Assembly: GCF_009914755.1 (NCBI RefSeq)
Contig: NC_060936.1
Reading direction: 5' to 3' (one strand)
DNA from: the human T2T-CHM13v2.0 reference genome, Homo sapiens
Length of the DNA stretch: 64,000 bases
The translations under genes and the position numbers were made by a program. Positions 13,645 through 28,250 of this stretch are shown here, one piece after another (the stretch's first letter is position 1; each line of letters begins with the position of its first letter). The notes below the pieces were generated by a model. That model did no database searches. It was not told where the DNA came from and saw only the letters and a program-made list of their open reading frames with translations.

Positions 13645-13933
13645 TTACTATTTTTGAGACAGTGTCTCTCTCTGTTACCCAGGCTGGAGTGCAGTGGCAC
13701 TGCAAGAACTCACGGCAGCCTTGACATCCCAGGCTCAAGTGTTCCTCCCACCTCAGTCTCCCAAATAGCTGAGAATATAGGCTTGTGCCACTATACCCCG
13801 CTAATTTTTTTATATTTTGTAGAGACAAGGTCACACTATACTGCCCAGGTCCCGAACTCCTGGGCTTAAGTGATTCTCCAGCCTCTGCCTCCCAAATTGC
13901 TCAGATTATAGATGTGAGCCACTATGCCTGGAC
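13645..13933 (-). mobile_element. AluJ
   Basis: Diverged dimer with J diagnostics (GCAGCCTTGAC, GGCTCAAG, CTCCTGGGCTTAAG). Confidence 0.92.
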
Positions 13934-16299
13934 TAAAATTTGTTGATGTAAGGATAGAATGTTTGGAGGTTTACCTGTAAATTCAATATGTATATAAATG
14001 GATATTTACACATAAAATTTGACAATTCATTTAGTTTGCAACCCATTTTCCCAAAATGAGGATTAATTATCCATCCCCATTAAAACATATCTTAGAATAG
14101 GTTCATAGCTTACCTTCCTTAATGTGACTTAGCAAGACAGTATTTTGGGATAGATTGCCAGGTAAATTATGATGTATATAATCATATGAAAGCTTATCAT
14201 CAGGGTCTGTTAATCAGCTCAACCTAGTTGGAAAACATTCTAGTAAAGTATTACAATAAATCACTTATCCAATCTCACTGATTGTATTATTTTATTTTCA
14301 TATGAAGATTGAAACTTGAGTGTATTAACATCATACAAAGCCTGAGGATGCATTAGGTCTGGCTTTGCATTTCACTAAATATGACGTTGGGAAATGCTGT
14401 TAAGACCACAAAAGAAGAAACATGACCTTCACAACAATAAAACAGTATCATACATGCTGGTCAAATACACTGAGCACTAGCAAGGGCTGAAAATATTGTT
14501 TTAAGCTAAGAGATGTAATTGGTAAGTAAATGCACTTTTGACTGTCCCATGTTTTCGACATGATTTTTGAAACTCTGATTCTTTTTACTTTTCTTCAGAC
14601 GTAAAATAAAAGTACAATGGATGCATAGGGAATAGCACAGCTGCAGGTCTGAGTAACTTAGTTGACACATTTGCTTTGTTTTTCCCCAGCAAGAGTAACA
14701 GCCGTGGTGGCAGCATCTGGATCCTTGATTGACAGCATTATGGAAAGTTACTGGCCAGATACTCCTTACTTAAGTTGGCACCAATCAACTTGCCTGGGGA
14801 TCAGTCAAATGGGGTGAGGTGAGGGGGACTTCAGGAGATCCTTCCCAGATGGATGCCAAATTCCTTTGATAGCCCTGTCATTGTCAAGAATTTCTTCAAG
14901 TTTATGTGTATAAGAATAAAATCTTGTTCAAGTTTATGATGATTTCTTCCACATGTTAAGACCCTTTTTATGACACAGAACAAAGGCCAAAATCATTCAA
15001 GTAGAGGCAAACGGAGGGTTCAAAAGATCTATTGGCTGACACACAATTTGATGCATTATTAAACTACATATTTCACCATGTGATAGAGAATTCATTTTTC
15101 AATGTGTTAGATGAAATAAAATTTCTACCAAAATGAAAGAACCCTTTTGAGATGTCAGATTTACAGCACAGCTGAAAAGATTAATGACTTCAACCCAGAG
15201 AAATTTTATTTACAGATAATGCAAAGAAAGAACAAGCTGATTTCATAGTTTGACACCAACGAATGAACAGAACATTTATCTAGTAAAACTATCACTTTCT
15301 TTTAGATGCCAAGAGCAAATTTGCTGAGGTTAACCACAAATGAAGATTTATAGTATATAAGGGTTAGATGAAATACTAAAAAACCTTAACTTTCTGATGT
15401 TTAATTCCTCGGCAAATGTCTGCTTTTGTCAGGCTATGCTTTGAGACCACCAATGATAGAAGTTCTCTACTTTCTGAGGCAGACAATTGAAAAGTATATC
15501 CTTGTCTTTCATGGAACTTATTAACCCTCTAGATAATATGATCTAACAATATCTGTGGTATCTGATACCACTTATGTTAGTCTGCTTTCCAGATATTTGA
15601 AGGCAACCATTTTATCCTACCACTCTTCCTATTTTGACTCAGCCATTTTCAGGACAGCTGACTCACCTTCCAACAATTATGGTTTGTATATTTTATAACC
15701 ATTTATTTCCCTTGCATACATTTCAATTTGAATATAGTTCCTAAAGTGTAATTCTTAAAACTAAGTAAGACTAAATTTGAACCAACCATTCTGGAATATA
15801 ACACATTTAATAATTACAAACCAAGATTCTATTAAATAATACAAGTACTATTTAATATGGTAGATTCAAGGACATAGAGAATCCACAGGATATCCCAGAA
15901 ATATCAAATCAAAAAGGTCAGTATTTGTTTAATTCATTATTACCTTTGTTGGCTAACATAAGAAACTATTGTACCCATTCTTTATCTTCAAAAAGCTTAT
16001 AATCTAATGGGATAGGAAACTAGTAGTTACATGATAAAAATTGAGTGTAGGAAGCACTATTGTTGAAACACAGCATATTCTATCTTTTCTGTTGAGGAGA
16101 TGTGAGGTCTTCAAACTCTAAATTCCTTTTGTTCATTGCCAATTATGGTTTAGATAATTAACCTAAGAATGTCAAGTCTATTATCTTACTTTTCATCTGT
16201 TGTTGTTTCATCATTATTCATAAATTTCACAAGTATTTTATTTGCTCAGTAAAATTATGAAAATATCTCTTATTCTGTTTTCATCATTTTTTTTCTGAT

Positions 16300-17725
16300 T
16301 TATTTTCCTTTTCTTTTTTCCTACTTTTATTTTGGATTCAGGGAACACATGTGCAGGTTAGTTACATGGGTAAATTGCGTGTCACTGAGACTTGGTCTAC
16401 CAATTATCCCATCACCAAGATAGTCAGCATAGCATCCAATAGGTAGCCTTTCAATGCATGACTCCCCCTCACCCTCCATTGTCAAGCAGTCCCCAGTGTC
16501 TATGGGTCCCATCTTCATGTCCATGTGTATGCAATACTTAACTCCTACTTCTTTGATAGTTTCTTTTGCTGTGCAGAAGTCTTTTAGTTTAATTGGGTCC
16601 TACTTGTCAATTCTTGTTTTTGTTGTAATTGCTTTGGGGGATTCAATCACAAATTCGTGCCAAGGCTCATGTCCAGAATGATATTTCCTTAGTTTTAGAA
16701 TGTTTATGGCTTTTAGACCTTACATTCAAGTTTTTAATCTATCTTAAGTTTTTTTATTTGGTGAAAGGAAGGGGTCCAATATTCTGCATATGGCCTGTCC
16801 AGTTATCTCAGCACCATTTATTGAAAGGGAGTCCTTTCCCCATTGTTTGTTATTGTCAACTTTGTTGATCTGGTAGTTGTAGATGTGTAGCTTTCTTCTG
16901 GGTTCTCTATGTTGTTCCATTGGTCTATGTGTCTGTTTTTATACCAGTACCATGCTTATTTGGTTAGCATAGCTTTGTAATATAGTTTGAAGTCAAGTAA
17001 GGTGATGACTCTGACTTTTTTTTTTTTTTTTCCTTAGAATTGCTTTGGTGATTCAGGTTCTGTTTTGGGTTCCATATAAATTTTAGAATCATTTTTTCTA
17101 ATACTGTGAAAAAATGATGTTAGTAGTTTGATAGGAATAGCATTGAATTTAAAAATTGTTTTGGGCAGTATGGCCATTTTTAAAATATTAATTTATCCTA
17201 TCTATGAGCATGGAGTGTTTTCCCATTTGTTTGTGTCATCTCTGATTTCTTTTACCAGTGTTTTGTAATTCTCATTGTAGAGATTTTTCACTTCCTGGGT
17301 AAATTGTATTCCTAGTTTCTTTTTTTTTTTATTCTTTCTGTGGCAATTGTAAATGAGATTGCATTTTTGTTTTGTCTCTCAGCTTGGATATCATTGGTGT
17401 ATCAAAATGCTACTGATTTTGTATGTTGATTTTGTATCCTGAAGCTTTAATGAAGTCACTTACAGTTCTAGGAGCCTTCTGGGATAGTCTATAGGTTTTT
17501 CTAGGTATAGAATCATATCACCTGTAAGGAGAAATTATTTGACTTTTTCTCTTCCTATTTTATACCTTTCATCTCTTTTTCTTGTCTGATTGCTCTGGCC
17601 AGAATGTCCAGTACTATATTGAATAGGAGTGCTATGAGTAGTCATCCTTGTCTTGCTGCAGTTTTCAAGGAGGTCTTTTAGCTTTTGCCTATTGGGTATG
17701 ATGTTGGCTATAGGTTTGTCATTTA
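16300..17725 (-). mobile_element. L1PA15/16-like 3' portion with an internal deletion at ~16550
   Basis: The 3'UTR (GTTACATGGGTAAATTGCGTGTCACTGAG...) joins directly to ORF2 sequence (TTGATAGTTTCTTTTGCTGTGCAGAAG...). Confidence 0.88.
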
Positions 17726-17846
17726 TGTTTTTTTTTTTTTTTTACGTATGATAACAAAAAAGAAATCTACAAAATGCTAAAAATCAGTACTAGTAATGTG
17801 TTTTTAACAAATAAAAAGCCTTTTCTTTAAAAATATTAACATTGCT

Positions 17847-18126
17847 GGCCGGACACGGTGGCTTACGCCTGTAATCCCAGCACTTTGGGAGGCCGAGGCC
17901 GGCAGATCACAAGGTCAGGAGATCGAGACCATCCTGGCAAACGCGGTGAAACACCGACTCTACTAAAAATACAAAAAATTTGCCGGGCATGGTGGCAGGT
18001 GCCTGTAGTCCCAGCTACTTGGGAGGCTGAGGCAGGAGAATGGCGTGAACTGGGGAGGCAGAGCTTGCAGTGAGCCAAGACTGCGCCACTTTACTCCAGC
18101 CTGGGCGACAGAGCGAGACTCCATCT

Positions 18127-18157
<31 letters not shown>
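17847..18157 (+). mobile_element. AluY
   Basis: AluY diagnostics (GAGATCGAGACCATCCTGG, GAATGGCGTGAAC, GAGCTTGCAG), an A30 tail and TSD ATTAACATTGCT. Confidence 0.96.
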
Positions 18158-18159
<2 letters not shown>

Positions 18160-18494
18160 AACATTGCTTCACTAATTCTGAAAGTGGCCATAAAATCTCT
18201 TTGGGAATTCCAAGTCAGGTTTTCATTCTATACTCTGTTTGTTTGTTTTATCTCAAATATTAAAGCTCAAGATATTTCATAAAAATCAAGTCACTTAAAC
18301 TTTTTTCTACTTTTGCTGAATTGATTTAATTTAAAAATAATATATGCTTGCATATATTTTAACATCATATTTTAAAAAAGTTTTCTGGTGTATGCTGAAA
18401 ATCAAATAATTATTTATGCACAAATAGAAAAATGTCTGCACGTTTCCAAAGAACAAAGGTAAAAACATCACTGAACATGATTTGTACATATTGA

Positions 18495-18828
<334 letters not shown>

Positions 18829-19317
18829 TTCCTGTGATGTTTCTTAAGGTATGTACATGAATAAACTTATTGGCTTCCTCTCCAAGTAATATTCATGCCC
18901 AAGAATTTTAGATTATCTCACCCATGGCAACTTTTGATATTCTAGTATTCTATTTTATTGTTGATCTTCAACATGAAAACTCTTGGCATAAGATGAATTA
19001 TCAGCTTAAATTGCTGCAGTCAATGAGATAATTTTCTGTGGGATATTATTCTTGCAGTTCTTTAATTATTCTCTGTTTAAATAGATCGCTAGGGTTAGAA
19101 TTACCAAATAACAATCACACTAAGGAAGTTATCTTGAAAATATCATAGTCCATTTAGTTTTTCACAAGTACCTTTACAAAATGTAAGACTGAATGGTCCA
19201 ACAAGTTTCTCTACAGCAGGAATTCTCAGAACTTACATAAATATGTTCATAGGAATTATAAGTTCTGGTACATTATAATTTTACAAGGGATAATACAGTA
19301 GGCAATAGTTTAGAAAC

Positions 19318-19800
19318 TATATGTGTGTTTATATATACCTATATATATATATACATTTCAGAATCTGTGTGTGTGTATTTATAGATAAACATGTCTAGAG
19401 AAAGAGAGATTTGGAAATGTGAATATATGTGTATGTGATGTGTGTATATATATACACACAAAAAAGTGTGTATAGATAGATAGCTGTGTATGTATACATA
19501 TGCATATGTGTATGTATACATATGTATATATGTATGTGTAGATAGGTGTGTATGTATGTGTATATATATGTATGTATATGAATATGTGTATATGTGTAGA
19601 CAGGTAGATAGGTGTGTATGTGTATATATATATTGACATGTACATATATATCAATATGTGTATACATATATACATGTATATATACGTGCATGCCTATCTA
19701 TGTATCTACACTAGTGTATTTACACTAGTGTAGATACATAGATAGATACAATAGATAGACAAATAGGAAGATAGATGATAGATAAATAGAAAGATAAGTG
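19318..19800. repeat. Low-complexity (TA)/(TG)/(TAGA) tract containing a perfect palindrome
   Basis: Seen directly; it explains the YIHT-rich spurious ORFs. Confidence 0.9.
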
Positions 19801-20504
19801 TGATTTAATAAATGTTGTTATGGGCAAAATTTTCATCTCACAGAAATGTAAAAAGAATGAAGAGATAATTGTTTCATGTTTTGCTCAGGATCAAACAATT
19901 AATGGTGGAACTTGGTTTTAAATATAGATCTTAGAAATACAGATCTTTAGAAATATAGATCTTCTGTTGTCTATTCAGTACTCTTTATCACCGTTTTATA
20001 ACACCACTGCATTCACAGTAGAGTTGTTGAATTATGATCTCTGGTTTAAAAAAGTGGACAAATTGTGATAATTTAAGAGGAAAAATTTAATAGAACATCA
20101 AATTTTCCCAAAACAGTTGCTTTCAAACAACATGTAATATCTGTTAAAATACTCATCTACACTTTGCCTTTTGCCTTTGTCAATATCAAGCTTTTTAAAA
20201 ATATTTCATGCCACTTTTCATCCGTTCTCCTCAATATGTACCTTGCTTTCTCTATTTGTCTGTGTGTACGTGTATATGTATGCATGTCTTCTCCATATTT
20301 ACTATTATATTTCTATCTCCATGTGTTCTTCTTTAATCAATTATCCATTCAATCAATCAAACATCACATTGTGATTATCAATCTTATGCCACAGTGTGCT
20401 AGACACCAATGAGATAACAACTTTAGGCAAGGTTATTTCTTTCCAGCAGTGGTAAAAAGAAAATTGGCTTATTTAAGTTGAAACATTACATTCTTCTTTG
20501 GGGT

Positions 20505-21055
20505 CAGGGGGAGGGTCTTGCTCTGTCACCCAGGCTGGAGTGCAGTGGTGCAAAATTTGCTCACTGCAACCTCCGCCTCCTGGGCTCAAGCAATCCACCC
20601 TCCCCATCCTCCGGAGTCCCTGGGGCCACAGGCACTGTATCACCATGGCTGGCTAATTTTATTTTATTTTATCTTTTTTGAGATGGAGTCTCTGTTACCA
20701 GTCTGGAGTGCAGTGGCAGATCTCGGGTCACTGCAACCTCTGCCTCCAGGATTCAAGCCATTCTCCTGCCTCAGCCTCCGGAGTAGCTGGGACTACAGGC
20801 ATGTGCCACCACGCCCAGCTAATTTTTGTATTTTTAGTAGAGACGGGGTTTCTACGATGTTGGCCAGGATGGTCTCAATCTCTTGACCTCGTGATCTGCC
20901 CGCCTCAGCCTCCCAAAGTGCTGGGATTACAGGCGTGTAGAGACAGGGTTTCACCACGTTGCCCAAGCTAGTTTCGAACTCCTGGACTCAAGAGATTCGC
21001 CCCTGTCAGCCTCCCAAAATGCTGGGATTGCAGATTGGAGCCACTGCTCCCGGCC
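20505..21055 (-). mobile_element. AluJ split at its linker by a nested AluS
   Basis: Right arm at 20505-20660 and left arm at 20938-21055. Flanking TACATTCTTC / TACATTCCTC. Confidence 0.85.
20661..20937 (-). mobile_element. AluS (Sc-like), slightly 5'-truncated, nested in AluJ
   Basis: CCAGGATGGTCTCAATCTCTTGACCTCGTGATC is Sc-like; the element ends at ACAGGCGTG. Confidence 0.88.
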
Positions 21056-21109
21056 TACATTCCTCAATGTTATAATTGTCTACAAAGGCAACAAAAATTA
21101 AGAAAACCT

Positions 21110-21330
21110 GGTTTGATAGTACAGTAGCATGACTATCATTAATAATTTATTGTATGTTTAAAAATAGCCAAAAGAGAATTGACATGTTCCAGCACGAGGA
21201 TGTTTGAGGCGTTAGATATTCTAATTACTCTGATTTGATTATTACACATTATATACATGTATCAAAGTATCACATGCACCCCCAAAACATGTACAACAAT
21301 TTTGTTTCAATTAGAAATTAAAAAAAAGAA
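21110..21330 (+). mobile_element. L1MA 3' end
   Basis: TTATTGTATGTTTAAAAATAGC...TGATTTGATTATTACACATTATATACATGTATCAAAGTATCACATG, followed by an A-tail. Confidence 0.8.
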
Positions 21331-21599
21331 ACTGGCATCAGTATGGATTCTAAAGAGTGAGGTGAAGTTTTAGAAGAGAGATGATTTGACCTAGTCCCCC
21401 ATGTTTTTAGGAGAGCAAAAAATAAATTTCCTGCAATGGTGAAAGCACAGATGTATGAATGAAAATAATGTAGACAGCCTCACTCATGAATAAATTGCAT
21501 ATATTGTGGAGAATCGTGGAATGGAATGGATGTTTGGAATGGAATGGAATGGATGTTTGAAGCCAGAATATTTTATCTAGCAGTAAGATGTACCTTATT

Positions 21600-23030
21600 T
21601 TTAAATAAAAATATAAAAATTTGATAATGATTTCAACACATGCAAAAACTGATAAATATTCAACATTTATTTATTAACAAAATTCACATGTTAGCAAAGA
21701 AGGTATAGAAGCAAATATCCTTCACAAGATCAAAATTAAACAAAAAAAGCATATATTTTAGTAAATAGAGAGCTATTAGAAATATTTCCTTTAGTTTCAG
21801 TAAAAGTAAAAATATCATAATTGTTTTTACTGCTTTTCATATTACATGGGTGGTTTTGTATTTATAATAGTATATACAAGAAGTAGAGGTGAGAAATATT
21901 TTTCTTCATCAGACGATAATATACTTATTTGCAATGGACAATCTAACAAAATTTTCGATTGCTTATTAAAATTATACCTAAACACAGCAGTCTCATGGAT
22001 GTATATGCATATAAAAAACAATTTTATATGCTACTGAAAACTAATTGGAAAATATAATTTTAAAATAACACAGTGGTAGGATTTTTTAGTACTTTGGAAT
22101 AGTAAAATAGGAAAAATATTTATGGATATAATTATACTTTTTAATGAATGTTTTAAAATAAGACTGAAATGTGTAAAGACATATCATATTTATAAATACA
22201 AATGTCTAATATTCAAGAGATTTCAATTACCTATAAATTAACATAAAAATTTAAAGCAATAAAATCAAACCCACTAAGGATTTTTTTCATGAAAACTGAA
22301 AAATCTTCTTTAAATTCGTATGAAATTTTAAAGGCCAATGATAGTCAACACAACATAATATGGCAGCATAAGGAGTGAAGATATGACATAAAGATTTAAG
22401 GGACAATATTAAGCTATAAAATTGAAGGATTATGGTATATGGGCTAAGCATTGGCAAATGAATTAATAAAATGAAATAGAAAATGCAGAAGTAGAACTTC
22501 AACATTATAAAAAATATATGTATGCCATAGGTATCCTTTCGAGTATAAAAAGCAAAGAAAGCCGTAGAAGATGCTCACATAGGACCCAGCAAAATCCCTG
22601 CTGCCAATACATCCTAGAGTAAAGAAACCCCATAAAGTAGATTTCGATACTGGAAAATACAAATACATTATAAAATATTCACACTATGGCATGTCAAGTG
22701 GAAGGCAAAATAAATGAACTTGATTTATATTTACCAAGATGGATACATCTTAAAAATAATTTTGTTTAAAACATGTTTAAAAACATATATTATGACAGCA
22801 AGTTTATTTTTATACATTTGAAACAATCTACTTTTACTGTTTCTATATGTATTATGTATTTGTATGTATGCAAATACGTGCATATATAGTCATATGCATA
22901 AGCAATATGATAAAAACAGATGCAATAGTACTTAAATTTGAAAAGGAAAGGAAAAAAGTGAGATTGTGGAGGAAATTAAAAACATAACTTCAACTCTATC
23001 TGTAAAGCTTTATTTAAAAGATTTCCAAAT
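21600..23030 (+). mobile_element. Highly decayed L1M/L1ME ORF2 and 3' fragments
   Basis: A-rich sequence with motifs such as GATAAATATTCAACATT, AATCTTCTTTAAATTCGTATGAAA and ATGGATACATCTTAAAAA. Confidence 0.55.
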
Positions 23031-24682
23031 TTGTTTAGTTGAATACCTTTTCACTGGACTGGAGTTGATAGAAATGATTGACATATAATATAATATGCTA
23101 ATAGCTCTTATATGAAGTAAGAAAGCCTCACTCTTCACTTTCATTAAATTCTTAGTAAATGCTCTGGTTTTCTTACATTGTCTAATGGAAGATGACAGAC
23201 TATTGCTAGTAGAACCACTTTCATACTCTCTTAGCATATCCTGAATAGATGGTTCAGTGACTTGATTTAGAATGTGGCAGTATTTGAGTCTATATTTAAG
23301 TCTGGAACTTGGGATTCTTGGGATTCTTCCTACCCTTGAGGTAGGAAGAATCATATTTTGACATGCTTCTCTAATGATCTTGTCCCCTCTATTTTCCCCC
23401 TTCAAATGAGCCTGCAGATTCCTACCATAATTTTCTTGCCAAAGTATAATTCAAATCATGATCTTACTTTGCTTAAAATAAACATTACTATTTTTCCATT
23501 GCTTTATAAATGGGTAAAGAGTCTACAATCTGCATTCAAAATCAGTTGTAATATGTACCCAAATTGTATTTCTGACTTTCTCGCCATTCAGAATACATGA
23601 TAACAGAAAAAAAAACAAAAGGAGTGGGGTATTATCATTTATTGTTTTTCTTCCATAGTGGGATGAGAGTTTGGTAAGAGAGGGTGCATAATTATTAGCT
23701 TTTTAGGAACCTAGGATTTTCTAATTTTGCATCTCTGATCATTAAAATCTGTTTTTTTCCAAGGGCCATATAACACTTCTGATCCTCTTTGACCTATACC
23801 CTTTAAGGGAAACAAGTTAATTAAAAAATATTTATTCCATGCCCATTATGTGCCAGTCACTCTGCTAAACACTGAGGATAAAGGAATGAATGCAAAGCAC
23901 AAAAAGAGCAATGAACAAAGTAGACAAATATCATTTCCTCCTGCTTTTATAGTCTGTTGAATATAATCTGTTATTTCAATTTCTACTATCATCAGCCCCT
24001 CCCTACCTTACATCCAATTTTATCCAAGGCTAATATCCTTAAAATAACGATATTCCCAATATTGCTATGTTAACTCTCTTTATATCCCTAACTCTCTTAT
24101 CTCTGTTTCATGAGCAGTGCACATAGCAATGACTTAATGCATATCTTGATTTTACTTCATCGAATAACATATATTTGGTGTTATAAAATATGACAATTGA
24201 TTCTAGAGTAGATACTTAGTCTGAGAAAATGTATAATGAATAATAGCTTGAGAGAGGCAGACATTATACATGAGTTAAAGGTCTTTTGTTGAAGTTTGAT
24301 ATATAATATCGCTTTCTAATATGGCGAGATCGAAGGGGTCTGCAGAGACAATAACTTTATGGTCAAAGATTAAGAATTGTTAGAAGAATGTGTTTTTATG
24401 TTGCTAATACAATAGCAAGGGATAGACAGGAAGAAAATGTGAAACAGCTGTGTTATATTCTAGGAAGTCTTAAATAATTCTAAACAGTTATTTTTTTTTA
24501 AAAAAAAAGATTATTTGAAGGCTTGTGGAAATAATCAGGTTTTGGTGATAGCAAAAAGTAGACACAAAAGAAGGGTATAGAAAAATATACCAAAATAAGT
24601 TAGTGAAAGAAGGCATATAGAAAAACATAACCACTGTAAGTTAGTAAAAGACAGAGAACAGTAATATAAGTAAAAATTATAT

Positions 24683-25920
<1,238 letters not shown>

Positions 25921-26670
25921 CAGATACTTATACATGAAACCTTTCATATAGAGTGCAGAATACATTTTCCTTATCGTATTCAATACTTATAGCAAACTTG
26001 TGAAACAGGAATATGATTATGACTTCCACTCTATTCTTTATATCCTCATTCCAGTCCCACCGCATGGCACTAAAACTATTTGTCTACAATTTTGGTAGAA
26101 TTTGTCGGTGTGAGACAAGATACACTCTTCTAAGTCTATATGGGAAATTTGATTTCCAGCTACTTGGCAGGTTTTCTTGCAAAATTATTATGTATTCTAT
26201 TAATTAAAAATGGTTATTTATCTAATATCTATGATAATATGCTGTTCCTAAAATTTCCTACTTTAATTTGTAGAATAATTTTCTGTATTATTCTACTACA
26301 ACTACTGCATAACATTTACAAAGTTAAGCATTTACTGTTGGACTATGTGTAGGTCTATATTATGCAGTGGGTCATTTGTTCTTTCTAATAACTATTTGTA
26401 GGTATCATTGTGTTTCTCATTTTTAAAATAATATAAATGAGGTAGATGAGAGCTTATCAATGTGTTGAATATTATATATTTTCTGACAATATTGATTCCA
26501 GGACATCTGACACTAATATCAGTGTTCTGAATGAATCATTTATAATAGGAAATACTAAATTAACTGCTAGTAGCAAAATATAGCTTACAAAGAATGTCGT
26601 CCTAGAGGGACAGACAGGAACGTAAATAAGCATTTACAACACAGTGTAATACTATGTTTGAGATGGTGAA

Positions 26671-27034
26671 TGTCTTTGTCTATTTTGTACTGCTATAACA
26701 GATATCCCAGACTGGATAATTTTTAAAGAATAGAAATATATTTCTTACATTTCTAGAGGCTGGGAAGTCTAAGATCAAGGGACTGGCATCTGTTTAGGGC
26801 CATCTTTTTTCATTATCCCATAGCAAAGGGTGGAAGGCCAAGAGACAAGAGAGAGAGGAAAAGGGGTCAGGGGCTAAACTTGCCCTTTTATAACAAACTC
26901 ACTCCTGCAATATGGCGTTAATCTATTCTATTCTCTTAATCTATACCTCCTAAAGGTCCCGCCTCTTAAACTGTTATGATGGGAATAAACTTTCAAAATG
27001 AGTTTTGGAGGGGACAAATATTTAAACCATAGCA
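26671..27034 (-). mobile_element. MaLR LTR (MSTC/MSTD-like)
   Basis: TGTCTTTGTCTATTTTGTACTGCTATAACAG...GAGGCTGGGAAGTCTAAGATCAAGG...GGGGACAAATATTTAAACCATAGCA. Confidence 0.85.
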
Positions 27035-28250
27035 GTGCTATCGTATCTAAAAAGATTTAGACTTGCTATGGAGGGTTAAAGAGAATATTCTAGATGACAG
27101 AGCTAAGCTGACTTTTGAGGAAAATTAGAAATTAGGCAAGTTAGGACAACTAAATTGGAAGGGGAGTTCTAAGCAAAAGAGAGAGCTATGCAGTGGTTCT
27201 GATATGATGGAAAGTGTGTTGAGATTGTGGATGTTTAAGACATTTAAAAACCAGGAATGTGAGTGTTAGGGATACTGAAACATAATGTGAGAGAGGATAC
27301 AGGGGCAAGATTGCAAAATAAAATATAATCATAGTGATAGGAAAAACATTCTGACAACAACATGGAGGACAAAAAAGAGTGGGAAAAAGGCAAAGAGAAA
27401 AATAAAGTACAGTTAGAAGGGTGTGGAATTAATCTTGTGAGCAGTGACTGCCATGTGAAATAAGTAGTATGGAAGGAGACAGGGAAAATGGGGATGACTT
27501 CAGTCATTGTTTCAATGCAGGGATGAAAGAGAAGACTAACCAGCACTTAAATCCAGATTTCTGGCTTGAGACACTGCTAGTTTACTATATTCTTCATTGC
27601 TACCATCGGAAAAGGAACAGATTTTGTGGTAGATGGGAAATAATAAGTCAATTTGGGACCTGCCTGCTTAGTGCACTTAGTGCAATAGGCCGCACATAAG
27701 TCTCATAAATTTATATGAGGACACATTGAGTTAAGTGTGTCTTATAGTATATATAAATCAGAATTTTTATTATAGAATTTAATAGGCAAATATGAGCTCA
27801 GGACAGAACTCAAGGCAGATAGAAAAATTGACACTCACGGGCATATGAATAATGAGTAAAATCATTGACATGTGTGTTTTCACCAAAAAAAGGGGGGGTC
27901 TTTAGAAGTCATGGTGGTGGATAATGAAAACTGGGGAACACCAAGAGATAAGAACTGAGCAGATGGAAAAGGCCATGATGCAGATGCAGTAGAGTATATG
28001 CAGGAGAAAGTGTGTTATCCAGCATTTCAAGACAAAAGAGCAAGTGAAGAATAAAAGTGGTCAACAGTGTAAAGTTGAAAAGGAACAAAGCAAAATAACT
28101 GAAAGTCAATATTCGTACAGACTGACCATTCACAACTTTAACCAGACTTGTTTCAGCACACACTTCAGTGTAAAAACCAGGTTTCAAGTGTTTCAGAAAT
28201 GAATAGAAGAAAAATTAAAAACAAGGCTTAGTGTGAATCAAAGAGTTAAT
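27035..28250 (-). mobile_element. L2 remnants
   Basis: Purine-rich L2-like motifs (AGCTAAGCTGACTTTTGAGG, CCAGATTTCTGGCTTGAG, GTGGTCAACAGTG, ACCAGACTTGTTTCAG). Confidence 0.5.

Noticed and set aside
16540-16565. L1 internal deletion as a possible spliced L1 RNA
   Set aside because: The junction keeps the would-be acceptor AG and shows only microhomology, so an ordinary deletion is more likely.
19339-19691. Y/I/H/T-rich ORFs in three frames
   Set aside because: Translation of a TA/CA low-complexity tract.
21517-21559. GGAAT repeats resembling satellite II/III
   Set aside because: Only about 40 bp; a local slippage duplication, not a satellite array.
23010-23405. 131-aa minus-strand ORF
   Set aside because: No recognisable domain, a non-ATG start and no splice context; expected by chance.
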